Assembly: GCA_001029675.1 (NCBI GenBank)
Contig: CP011210.1
Location: forward strand, 841,280 to 905,279
DNA: 64,000 bases
Reading direction: 5' to 3'
Source: Candidatus Beckwithbacteria bacterium GW2011_GWC1_49_16
GTDB lineage: Bacteria > Patescibacteriota > Microgenomatia > UBA1400 > CG1-02-47-37
Made by a program: the position numbers and the translations under genes. The number at the start of each line of letters is the position of its first letter. Position 1 is the stretch's first letter. The notes below the pieces were generated by a model that saw only the letters and a program-made list of their open reading frames with translations, was not told the origin of the DNA and ran no database searches. Of the stretch, positions 19,147 through 26,851 are shown in pieces.

Positions 19147-19722
19147 ATGAAAACAGAAAATTTCCAGGATTTGAAAAGCAAAGAAACAAGCCGGGGGGTA
19201 GCGGTAGAGCTTTTTACTAAAGTTCGAGACGTTCCTTACGCTTTGAATGCTGACGGTAATATTGAGGGCTTGTTTGAAGATGGAGTGGCGGGCTATACCA
19301 GAAAACATCTTTATTTGCTTCCCCGCCTGAAAAAGCTGGGGTATAAAGTCGACATTGGCATTGCTGAATTTGACTGGCGAGAGCTGCCAATTCCCACAGA
19401 TATTCTAGAGCTGCTAAAAGATCCCCACGGCTATCATATGTTTTTGTACGTGGGCACGGGAAAAGCCACTAAGGTAGTCGACGCTACCTGGGATAAAGGC
19501 ATGACACGTCTTGGCTTTCCGGTTTTTTCTTGGGATGGAGTTTCTTCAACAGGCCTGGCGATAAAGGCGACCAACGCTAGAAGACAAAACTTACTGACTC
19601 TTAAAACCAGAGCGATAGCAAGCTCAACTCTCAAAAAGTTAAAAAATCCAATAGAGACTGAAGCAACTCCTTTTAATGATGGTTTTAATCTGTGGTTGGG
19701 AGAAATGAGGGGAAAGATTTAG
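19147..19722 (+). CDS. Transglutaminase-like fold protein (catalytic Cys apparently Tyr)
   Basis: VRDVPY...GYTRKH...HMFL...VDATWD. Confidence 0.5.
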   Translation: MKTENFQDLKSKETSRGVAVELFTKVRDVPYALNADGNIEGLFEDGVAGYTRKHLYLLPRLKKLGYKVDIGIAEFDWRELPIPTDILELLKDPHGYHMFLYVGTGKATKVVDATWDKGMTRLGFPVFSWDGVSSTGLAIKATNARRQNLLTLKTRAIASSTLKKLKNPIETEATPFNDGFNLWLGEMRGKI

Positions 19723-19759
19723 GCTTTGCCCAGGTGGCTGGGAATGGTAGGATAAAACC

Positions 19760-20014
19760 ATGAAACTTAAAGCGGGAGATAAGGCACCTGCGGCTGTACC
19801 CGGGAAGCCTGCGGTATTCGCGACAACTTTAGTCAATTAAAGCAGAAAAATGATTAAAAGTTACGGCGCCGACGGGGTGATTTTTGCCAGAAGAACCACT
19901 TTTGTGATCGACCCCGCCGGCAAAATCGCCAAAATCTACGACAAAGTCAAGCCTGACGAGCACGCGGGAGAGTTGATTGAGGATTTAAAAGTCTATCACA
20001 CACCGGGTGTGTGA
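19760..20014 (+). pseudogene. bcp: Peroxiredoxin Bcp pseudogene with two internal deletions
   Basis: Fragments MKLKAGDKAP / GCTREACGIRDNF / RRTTFVIDPAGKIAKIYDKVKPDEHA are joined out of frame. Confidence 0.85.
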
Positions 20015-20025
20015 TTGGGGTGGGG
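19992..20025. repeat. REP-like palindrome copy 3 plus GGGGTGGGG
   Basis: 34-bp direct repeat of 21446-21479 with 2 mismatches. Confidence 0.85.
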
Positions 20026-20198
20026 CGGCTTTTTGGGCGGATTGAGTGTCGCTAATCGCCCGCATCAAAATGACGTCCTTGACATTTTTGGGCCTTAGCT
20101 TTTCTCCTTTTTCATCCATATGTCAATAATAGCATGTTAGCGGCAGGTGGCGGCTTGGGCATAGAAAAATAGCCTGTTTTTTGGTAAAATATAGGGGT

Positions 20199-20462
20199 AT
20201 GTATAATTGGTCGGTTGATGAGAAGGCTTTTAAAAAAAGAAATCCGGAAGGGTATCGGCTGTGGCGGCTGGTACAACTGATTAACTACGGCCTGGACGGC
20301 GAGAAACTCGACGAGGACGAAGTCAAAAAAGCCTGGCCGAAGATTAAAGATGATCTCGATCCGTATTCTCGGCGGGCTATAGAGTATTTATTATGGCAAA
20401 AAGCATACTCACTGCCAAGCAACGTGACTTTTTGGAATTGGCAGAAAAAGAACCTTCACTAG
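20199..20462 (+). CDS. Putative antitoxin of AbiEii-type nucleotidyltransferase
   Basis: MYNWSVDE...WRLVQLINYGLDGEKL; overlaps toxin gene. Confidence 0.7.
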   Translation: MYNWSVDEKAFKKRNPEGYRLWRLVQLINYGLDGEKLDEDEVKKAWPKIKDDLDPYSRRAIEYLLWQKAYSLPSNVTFWNWQKKNLH

Positions 20463-21073
20463 TTAAGCGGTTTTATTTAACCGGCGGCACGGCTTTGGCG
20501 GAGTTTTACTTTCAACATCGGTTGTCGGAAGATATCGATCTTTTTTCCGAACAAGAAGTAAATCCCAAAGCGGCAGAGGCTTTTTTGAAAAAGGCGGCGG
20601 CAAACTTAAAGATTAAAAAAATTGTCAGACAGCAGTTTTTGGGACTTCATACCTATAAACTCCACTATAAAGATGGCGATTTTTTAAAGGTGGATTTTAA
20701 CTATTATCCGTTCCCCCGGATTGAAAAAGGAACGAGTTTTGGTAAATTGGAAGTTAGCAGCGTCTACGATATTGCCGTAAATAAGATTCATACCGTCGGC
20801 ATGAAGCCCAGGGCCAGAGACTATGTTGATTTGTATTTTATTTTTACCACCTCAAAATACAAACCGGAAAAATATTTACAGAGAATGCGGCTCGACAGCC
20901 AGGCAAAATTTGATTGGCCGTTGGAGGCAAAAAACTTGGCGGCGGGGTTTTTGCGGGTGAAAGACTTTTCTAAAACCGACCTGCCCAAAATGCTCAAACC
21001 CCTTGACCTTAAAGCCATGGAAAAGTTTTTTTTGCAGCTGGCCCGGGGTTTGAAAAAGGAAATTTTTAAATGA
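20393..21073 (+). CDS. AbiEii/AbiGii-family nucleotidyltransferase toxin
   Basis: FYLTGGTALA...HRLSEDIDLF, NK...R-ARDYVDLY. Confidence 0.9.
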   Translation: MAKSILTAKQRDFLELAEKEPSLVKRFYLTGGTALAEFYFQHRLSEDIDLFSEQEVNPKAAEAFLKKAAANLKIKKIVRQQFLGLHTYKLHYKDGDFLKVDFNYYPFPRIEKGTSFGKLEVSSVYDIAVNKIHTVGMKPRARDYVDLYFIFTTSKYKPEKYLQRMRLDSQAKFDWPLEAKNLAAGFLRVKDFSKTDLPKMLKPLDLKAMEKFFLQLARGLKKEIFK

Positions 21074-21468
21074 CCACTGTAACCATTGCCAGCGATAAAA
21101 AAGACCAAGTGGTGGATATTAGCGACCGGGTGCAGGAGGTGGTGGATAAGGCTGGGGTGAAAGACGGCAGCGTTACCGTGTCTGTGGCCCACACCACCTG
21201 CGCCGTGACTACCGCTGACCTTGATCCCGGCACCGACGAGGACATGATGGAAGCTTTCCGGGCGATGGTGCCTAAGTTAAAATTCCGCCACCCGCATGAC
21301 CCCGAGCACGCGCCGGATCATATTTTGTCCAGCCTCATCGGCCCGTCGGTGACCGTGCCGGTGGCAAAAGGCAAACTGGTGTTAGGATCCTGGCAGAGAA
21401 TCGTTTTGGTCGAGTTTAACGGCCCCCGCCAAAGACACATCACCATCTATCACATACCGGGTGTGTGA
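21070..21468 (+). CDS. yjbQ: YjbQ/UPF0047 family protein
   Basis: VAHTTCA, DHILSSLIG, LVLGSWQRIVLVEFNGPR. Confidence 0.92.
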   Translation: MTTVTIASDKKDQVVDISDRVQEVVDKAGVKDGSVTVSVAHTTCAVTTADLDPGTDEDMMEAFRAMVPKLKFRHPHDPEHAPDHILSSLIGPSVTVPVAKGKLVLGSWQRIVLVEFNGPRQRHITIYHIPGV

Positions 21469-21479
21469 TAGGGGTGGGG
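21446..21479. repeat. REP-like palindrome copy 4 plus GGGGTGGGG
   Basis: CTATCACATACCGGGTGTGTGATAG; supplies the yjbQ stop codon. Confidence 0.85.
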
Positions 21480-22154
21480 TTAGCGGCAGGTGTCGGCTTT
21501 GACGAAGCCGGCGGCTTGGGCTTCTTTCTCACTGCAAAACCAAGCCTCGCCGATGTCCAGCTCGACCACGGTCCAAATGTACTGGGCGCAGCCGGGATAG
21601 TAGTATTTTTTGACTTTGGTGGATTTGTCGATGTTGGCTTTGATGTTACAGCCGGGATTGGCTAAGTTCTCCTTTTGCCAGCATTTTTGACTGAAAACGC
21701 CCAAGTTGTTTTTTCGGGCAGAGTGGTTGGCGGCTTTGAGGGCTTCCCTTTGGGAGGTCTGGTCTGAGTGGTAGCGGACCCAACCTGAAGCCAGCATAGC
21801 CTGATTCACCAGTTCGTCCCCGACATAGATTAAAGCCATGGGCCGGCCGCGCTGGTCTAAGATTTTTTCCGAGACGACCACCGACTGGCCTTCGACTAAA
21901 CTGGTGAGCAAGTCCTTGGCTTCCTGCCCGCCGCAAAACTCGAGCTCGGGGGCGTCGAGGTGGCGGAGCCTCAAGCGGACTTTGCCGTCTAGCACAATGG
22001 TGTCGCCGTCGATGACGCCTAAAACCTTGATGGCGTCGCCGGAGACTTGGGGCTCACCGAGTAAAACCAAATTTAAAATCAGTGAAGGCACGGCGACGGC
22101 AAAACCTATCCAAGGCAGAAGCTTGGTGAAGTTTAGTCTAACTCTCTTTTTCAC
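21480..22154 (-). CDS. Thermonuclease (SNase) family protein with C-terminal Cys domain
   Basis: VIDGDT, RLRHLDAPE, DQRGR; CNIKANI...WFCSEKEAQAAGF. GTG start. Confidence 0.9.
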   Translation of the reverse strand: MKKRVRLNFTKLLPWIGFAVAVPSLILNLVLLGEPQVSGDAIKVLGVIDGDTIVLDGKVRLRLRHLDAPELEFCGGQEAKDLLTSLVEGQSVVVSEKILDQRGRPMALIYVGDELVNQAMLASGWVRYHSDQTSQREALKAANHSARKNNLGVFSQKCWQKENLANPGCNIKANIDKSTKVKKYYYPGCAQYIWTVVELDIGEAWFCSEKEAQAAGFVKADTCR

Positions 22155-22963
22155 TTTGCTCCCATGACTTGCTGTTCGTACTCACCGAGCGGTACGATTC
22201 GGTAAACAAACTGGTCAGGTATATCGTCATGAAGAGATATAGTAACGTCATCAATATGTTCGAAGCGGTTAGGCTGACCATCTCCTTTTATAAACTCGGT
22301 AAAATTACCTCTGTCCCCGAAGATTACTTGGACTCCCTTATGTGATTTTCCTTCAAATAGTAAGTCGGCAATTTTCTTGTCGTTTATGCCGAACTTTTCT
22401 AGGGCTTTTAGCGTTTTCGTTAAGTGATTTTGGACAAGTGGTTTGTCAATCTCATGGATCGCCCTAAGTACTTCGTCAGAGTTTTTTAGATTATCCACTT
22501 TTATCCACCCGTTTATCAATTCAAAGCTGGGTTCGAACCCTGTGCCAATTCTATCCGATTCTTCCTTGGGAACCCCGAGTCTGTATAATCTTTCCATGAG
22601 GCTCCAGCGCCAACCAATGTGCCAGTAATCCATCACCCAATCAAGGTTGCTTCCATAGACACTATCGACTAGATCCTCATGAATCCCCTGTTCTACAACA
22701 ACTTTTAAAACGTCAGGGTGAGGAATTAAGTTAACTCTTGCTTCCTCAGAATCTTTAGCTCCAGAGGACCACTTTAGTACTGAAATTTTTTCTCCAGATA
22801 CACCCTCTTCTAAATGGGATAAAGATATAGAGGTGCATCCGGCTAGTTCTTCCTTGAATAAAGGCTGATTTAGCTCATTTACAAGCTTGTCGGGAGTGAT
22901 AATCCTATCTTTGAATGGCTGCCAAATTTCTTTTGGTAGACCTTCACTATACTTTGCGTCCAT
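22151..22963 (-). CDS. Orphan protein
   Basis: 270-aa AT-rich ORF; TAAAAT-8nt-ATG. Confidence 0.7.
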   Translation of the reverse strand: MDAKYSEGLPKEIWQPFKDRIITPDKLVNELNQPLFKEELAGCTSISLSHLEEGVSGEKISVLKWSSGAKDSEEARVNLIPHPDVLKVVVEQGIHEDLVDSVYGSNLDWVMDYWHIGWRWSLMERLYRLGVPKEESDRIGTGFEPSFELINGWIKVDNLKNSDEVLRAIHEIDKPLVQNHLTKTLKALEKFGINDKKIADLLFEGKSHKGVQVIFGDRGNFTEFIKGDGQPNRFEHIDDVTISLHDDIPDQFVYRIVPLGEYEQQVMGAK

Positions 22964-23024
22964 ATAGATTCATTTTACACCAAGGTGATTCTCCGGGGCA
23001 TTGAGTGAATTTTAGCACAAAAAA

Positions 23025-23480
23025 TTATCTATACCCCTGGATTTCAGGTACCAGTGCAAAATGTTTGGAAAATTCGGTTTCTAGTTTTTCGGTGTAAAAA
23101 TCCTTTGACCCTCTCACGTCGTCTGGGTTCAAAGTGGTAGCTTCTAAATCTAGTTGTCGTGAAACTCTGTGTTCAGGCGTCACTCCTAAATGAATCTTAC
23201 CGGCGCATTGAATTTGAGTTTGAGGATTTATTGACCTTAGCGCATCGGCGAAATCAGAGTGATATACCGCACCTGAAAAAACGTACATTGTATCTTCCGC
23301 TACAATAAACTTTAACCTTACCCCGGCTCCCCCGATGAAAAATTCGTCAGCCAATTGGTCAAAATCTCTAATGTTCAACGGCTGATCGTTGATAGTTATC
23401 CTAAAACAATCGAAGGTTAAATCCTGTCTTTCTGTAGGAACCGGATTTATTCCTTCTAGAGCTTCTATCGTCGGTGACAT
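23025..23480 (-). CDS. Orphan protein
   Basis: Start moved to MSPTIE, behind TATAAT and a short hairpin leader. Confidence 0.65.
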   Translation of the reverse strand: MSPTIEALEGINPVPTERQDLTFDCFRITINDQPLNIRDFDQLADEFFIGGAGVRLKFIVAEDTMYVFSGAVYHSDFADALRSINPQTQIQCAGKIHLGVTPEHRVSRQLDLEATTLNPDDVRGSKDFYTEKLETEFSKHFALVPEIQGYR

Positions 23481-23579
23481 AAAAAAAGCCTCCCCTTTTA
23501 CGGCAGGCGGAGATATTATACAACTAAAACTTGTTGGCGTGGTAAGATTATTATAGTACGGCAAAGGGGGTGAGGAGAA

Positions 23580-23765
23580 ATGAAAAAGGCTGATTATATT
23601 AAACTTTCCGGTTATCTTTTTGGGATTGTGGGGCTAATTCACCTAGGCAGGGTTTTTCTGGGCTGGCCGCTGATTTTGGGCGGCTTTCTAATCCCCGCCT
23701 GGGCCAGCTTTTTGGCCGGCTTGATCCTGTGGTACCTGGCCTACGCCTCGATGAAGTTGAAGTGA
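23580..23765 (+). CDS. Small 2-TM membrane protein
   Basis: SD-like GGGGGTGAGGAG; hydrophobic 61 aa. Confidence 0.75.
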   Translation: MKKADYIKLSGYLFGIVGLIHLGRVFLGWPLILGGFLIPAWASFLAGLILWYLAYASMKLK

Positions 23766-23772
23766 GGGGTTA

Positions 23773-24216
23773 CTAAGGGTGGGTAGCAAAACTAAAAATG
23801 CCTTCGGGCATCTGGTTTAGCATAAGGTTAGTTTTGGCTGCGAACGCGTCTGTGTCTCTCCGGTGAAGCACTAATCTTTCCAGGCGGCTTAATTTCGCGT
23901 CTTGTGGCCTGGTTTCGACAACTTCCATGGCTAACTGTTGATCGAACTCCGGGTTTTGGCTTAGTTTGTGTCTTATGGCTGTAACAACAAGGCGGTGGGG
24001 TTTGCTTGACATTCCGCCCTGATAATTTTCGTCATGAAGAAAAGACACGGTAGAATCTAGAAAGGCCGCGCTTTTTGAGGTAAGACCGATTAACAGGCTG
24101 GGATCGATGTCGATAGTGGCGCTGCCTTCTGTTAAGGCTTTTTGGGCGGCAGAGTTAGCCTCGGACAAAATGTGGTCAAGAGTATTAGCGCCTGCTTCTT
24201 TAGTTCCGCCCTGCAT
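23773..24216 (-). CDS. Orphan protein
   Basis: 147-aa ORF filling the intergenic gap. Confidence 0.6.
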   Translation of the reverse strand: MQGGTKEAGANTLDHILSEANSAAQKALTEGSATIDIDPSLLIGLTSKSAAFLDSTVSFLHDENYQGGMSSKPHRLVVTAIRHKLSQNPEFDQQLAMEVVETRPQDAKLSRLERLVLHRRDTDAFAAKTNLMLNQMPEGIFSFATHP

Positions 24217-24228
24217 ACTTGCTGCCCA

Positions 24229-24618
24229 CTATTCCAAATCCGCAGGCTCTTTTTTCTTGACTTTAGGCTTTTTCATGGCTGAAACCAGCTCGAGAAGATG
24301 ATCCAGTTTTTGGTTAATCGCATCAAAGTGGTCCTGGTAATTGGGTCCTGATCTTTGCGGCGTCCGACCATCCCGGTTAAAGCGGCCACCTCCGCGCGGC
24401 TGACTGTCGCCGCTGTCTTTTCTGAAACAATCGTTGCAAAAAACCGGCTTGTCCCCTGTAGGGCGAAAAGGCACTTCGCAGTCTTTGCCGCAGTTGGAAC
24501 AGACTGCCGGATGCATTTCGCGCCTGAAGTCCCCGCCGCCAAAGCGCCCGCCGCCAGGGCCGCCCCGGCCTCCCCCGCCTCGGCTGCCTCCACCTCTGCC
24601 TCGATTAAAATCTCTCAT
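24229..24618 (-). CDS. CxxC-x17-CxxC zinc-ribbon protein with RGG-rich N-terminus
   Basis: CSNCGKDCEVPFRPTGDKPVFCNDCF. Confidence 0.9.
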   Translation of the reverse strand: MRDFNRGRGGGSRGGGGRGGPGGGRFGGGDFRREMHPAVCSNCGKDCEVPFRPTGDKPVFCNDCFRKDSGDSQPRGGGRFNRDGRTPQRSGPNYQDHFDAINQKLDHLLELVSAMKKPKVKKKEPADLE

Positions 24619-24668
24619 GGCGCCATTATACTCTTATTTCCCGCCTGGAAAAGGGGTAGAATGGATTG

Positions 24669-25487
24669 ATGAAAAATTACTTTGCCTTTATAGACGAATC
24701 AGGAAACTCGACGCAGGAAAGATTTTTTGGTCTGGGTTTAATGCTGATGGACGACGAAATTGGTGATTTCTATGATGCTATGAAGCCTCATTATGAAAAA
24801 GCTTTTAACATTGCCAAGTCAAACAAAATAACCAGAGTTAAAGAACTAGAAAAGAATGCCGACCTGAAACAGTTGTCTAGTTTAGCAAGTAGCCATATCC
24901 ATTTTGAATTAAAGTTTAAGTATGTAAACTTTACTAATAATGTAGTTTATCGAGACTTGGTAGCCACCTATTTTAACTTCAAAGAGGTAAGGTTTTGCGC
25001 CTTGATTATTGATCGTCAAACTTATTCAAATACAACCAAAAAGGGAATTACCTTAAATCCCTGGGATGTTTATATTAATCAAGCCTCCATGCTTCTGGCA
25101 AACAACATCAGGGAAATTACCCCGTGTAATGTTTGCGTTTTAGCGGATGATTTGTCAAAGCCCACATATATCAAAAAGTCGTTTGAAAAATCTCTCAAAG
25201 ATGCGCTTGAATACCGATTGAAAAAACGAGGTATCAGCAATAGTGTGTTTGGAGTTACAAGATTGGAGTCTCATTCATCTTTACTATTGCAAGTTTCAGA
25301 CATACTTTTGGGAGCGGTAATGTATGATTATAAGAAAAAAATTGGTTTAATTTCCGAAAAGCTTAGTCAAAGACAAGAGATTGTCACTGAAAAGATTCGC
25401 AGTATTCTCAAAACTAAAAGCTTAGCTGTCAATAAAACATTTCATCAACCCAACTATTTTTCCGTTTGGGAACTGAAGAAGCCATAA
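24669..25487 (+). CDS. DUF3800 domain protein
   Basis: N-terminal FIDESG and C-terminal LLQVSDILLG. Confidence 0.85.
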   Translation: MKNYFAFIDESGNSTQERFFGLGLMLMDDEIGDFYDAMKPHYEKAFNIAKSNKITRVKELEKNADLKQLSSLASSHIHFELKFKYVNFTNNVVYRDLVATYFNFKEVRFCALIIDRQTYSNTTKKGITLNPWDVYINQASMLLANNIREITPCNVCVLADDLSKPTYIKKSFEKSLKDALEYRLKKRGISNSVFGVTRLESHSSLLLQVSDILLGAVMYDYKKKIGLISEKLSQRQEIVTEKIRSILKTKSLAVNKTFHQPNYFSVWELKKP

Positions 25488-25525
25488 AAATTGCGGGTCA
25501 TGGACAAGAGACCCACACCCGCAAT
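25485..25525 (-). ncRNA. Candidate small RNA convergent with DUF3800 gene
   Basis: 9-bp stem ATTGCGGGT/ACCCGCAAT plus inner GUGGG/UCCAU stem, U5 tail, and a promoter directly upstream. Confidence 0.6.
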
Positions 25526-25528
25526 AAC

Positions 25529-25558
25529 AGTATATATAAATTGTGGGACAAAAGTCAA
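25529..25558 (-). promoter_or_regulatory. sigma70-like promoter TTGACT-N18-TATACT
   Basis: Reverse complements of agtcaa 25553-25558 and agtata 25529-25534. Confidence 0.65.
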
Positions 25559-25588
25559 TCTTCTTTGTCTTTTTTGTCAACCCCCTGC

Positions 25589-26092
25589 TTAATTTTTTAA
25601 AACAACTAAACCTTCGCAAACTTTAGCTTGCAAAAGAACCACTTGCTTTTTAATCATCTGCTTTTTAAACCTTTTTTCAATTTGCTTAAAGAAATTCTTT
25701 TGGGCTGGGCTAAGCTTATCGGTTCTTTTAACCTCGGCGAAGAAAAATTCTTTACCCTTATAAACAAAAAGGTCTGGCGGCTGGGTTTTCTTCCTTTTAT
25801 CTTCTCGGCGCAAAAACCTAAAACCGTCTTCGCCGACAAATTTTTTGACAATTTGCTGTTTTCTGGGATGGGGGTTGTAAATGTACTGCTCCACCAAAAC
25901 ATTGAAGCCCTGCCGGTAGTAATGGATGGCCCTTAACCACTCGATAAAATGCCAGCTCGGCTGGCTGACGGTCAACTGCAAATCTTTATCGTCAAACAGC
26001 TTGGGATATTTCTTTTTTAGTTCCTTTGCCAACTTACCGGTTTTCCACCGATCCCAGAGCTTTGGATCATAACTAAAGTACTCGGTTTTCAT
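25589..26092 (-). CDS. VRR-NUC domain nuclease
   Basis: PPDLFV...FAEVK...DKLSPAQ. Confidence 0.85.
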   Translation of the reverse strand: MKTEYFSYDPKLWDRWKTGKLAKELKKKYPKLFDDKDLQLTVSQPSWHFIEWLRAIHYYRQGFNVLVEQYIYNPHPRKQQIVKKFVGEDGFRFLRREDKRKKTQPPDLFVYKGKEFFFAEVKRTDKLSPAQKNFFKQIEKRFKKQMIKKQVVLLQAKVCEGLVVLKN

Positions 26093-26179
26093 ACAAGGCG
26101 TTGACTGCTTCAGTGTAGCATGGAGTCAGTTTCTTGGGGGGGGCGTTGTGATGATATAGTTTGCACGAGATATTGGTAG

Positions 26180-26208
26180 TTGACCCAGACGAAATAGTCG
26201 GGTATTCT
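26180..26208 (+). promoter_or_regulatory. lexA promoter TTGACC-N17-TATTCT with inverted repeat in spacer
   Basis: CCCAGAC-GAAATA-GTCGGG lies between the boxes; ATG is 6 nt after the -10. Confidence 0.65.
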
Positions 26209-26214
26209 CGAGGT

Positions 26215-26850
26215 ATGAAAAAAGTAACTGCCCGGCAAAAAGAGTTGTTAAAGGTTGTTTACGACTATATTAAAACAACTGGTTATCCTCCGACCATAAA
26301 GGAGATGAGAGATAGTTTGAAGGTCACCTCTAATCAGTCTGTCATCGACCTACTAGAACACCTAGAAAATAAAAAGTTGATCAAGCGACAAGAAGGTGTA
26401 GCTAGAAGCATTGTGATTTTACCTTTTGGGTACGAAGCCATTGCTAAAACAGCCTTGGCTCCATTCCTGGGCATGAGTCACGCCGGATCCCCCATTGACG
26501 CTATACAAATAGATGGCGAGTGGCAAGAGCTTTCTAACGAGGCCGCTCAGCTTAAGGATAATGTTTTTTTGCTTAAAGTTTTGGGTGACTCGATGATAAA
26601 CGCAGGCATTGATAACGGTGACGTTGTTTTAGTCAGAGTGCAAAAGGAGTTTGTGTCCGGAGACATAGTACTGGCTGAGGTTGAAGGTGAATCAACAATT
26701 AAACGGTTTATGTCTGATGACACTCCTCCATTTATTTACCTAAAGCCTGAGAATCCAAAACATAAAGTAATTCCATTTAACGAAAGAACTAAGCTTAAGG
26801 GAAAAATAATCTCTATCTTAAAAGAGGGGTCCTGGAAGTCTATTAACTAA
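26215..26850 (+). CDS. lexA: LexA-family repressor
   Basis: TARQKELL...GYPPTIKE wHTH, HAG cleavage site, GDSM serine, TIKR lysine. Confidence 0.9.
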   Translation: MKKVTARQKELLKVVYDYIKTTGYPPTIKEMRDSLKVTSNQSVIDLLEHLENKKLIKRQEGVARSIVILPFGYEAIAKTALAPFLGMSHAGSPIDAIQIDGEWQELSNEAAQLKDNVFLLKVLGDSMINAGIDNGDVVLVRVQKEFVSGDIVLAEVEGESTIKRFMSDDTPPFIYLKPENPKHKVIPFNERTKLKGKIISILKEGSWKSIN

Positions 26851-26851
26851 T

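Noticed and set aside
19705-19722. TGAGGGGAAAGATT as a third msrA tail remnant
   Set aside because: Short purine-rich match that may be chance.
22975-23014. Micro-ORF MPRRITLV with TAAAAT-7nt-ATG as a thermonuclease 5' remnant
   Set aside because: It fits the scar pattern, but similarity to MKKRVRL is too weak to assert.
25499-25516. Inner 5-bp stem/7-nt loop of the DUF3800 RNA as an anticodon mimic
   Set aside because: The loop UCUCUUG lacks U33 and a purine at 37; geometry alone is not evidence.
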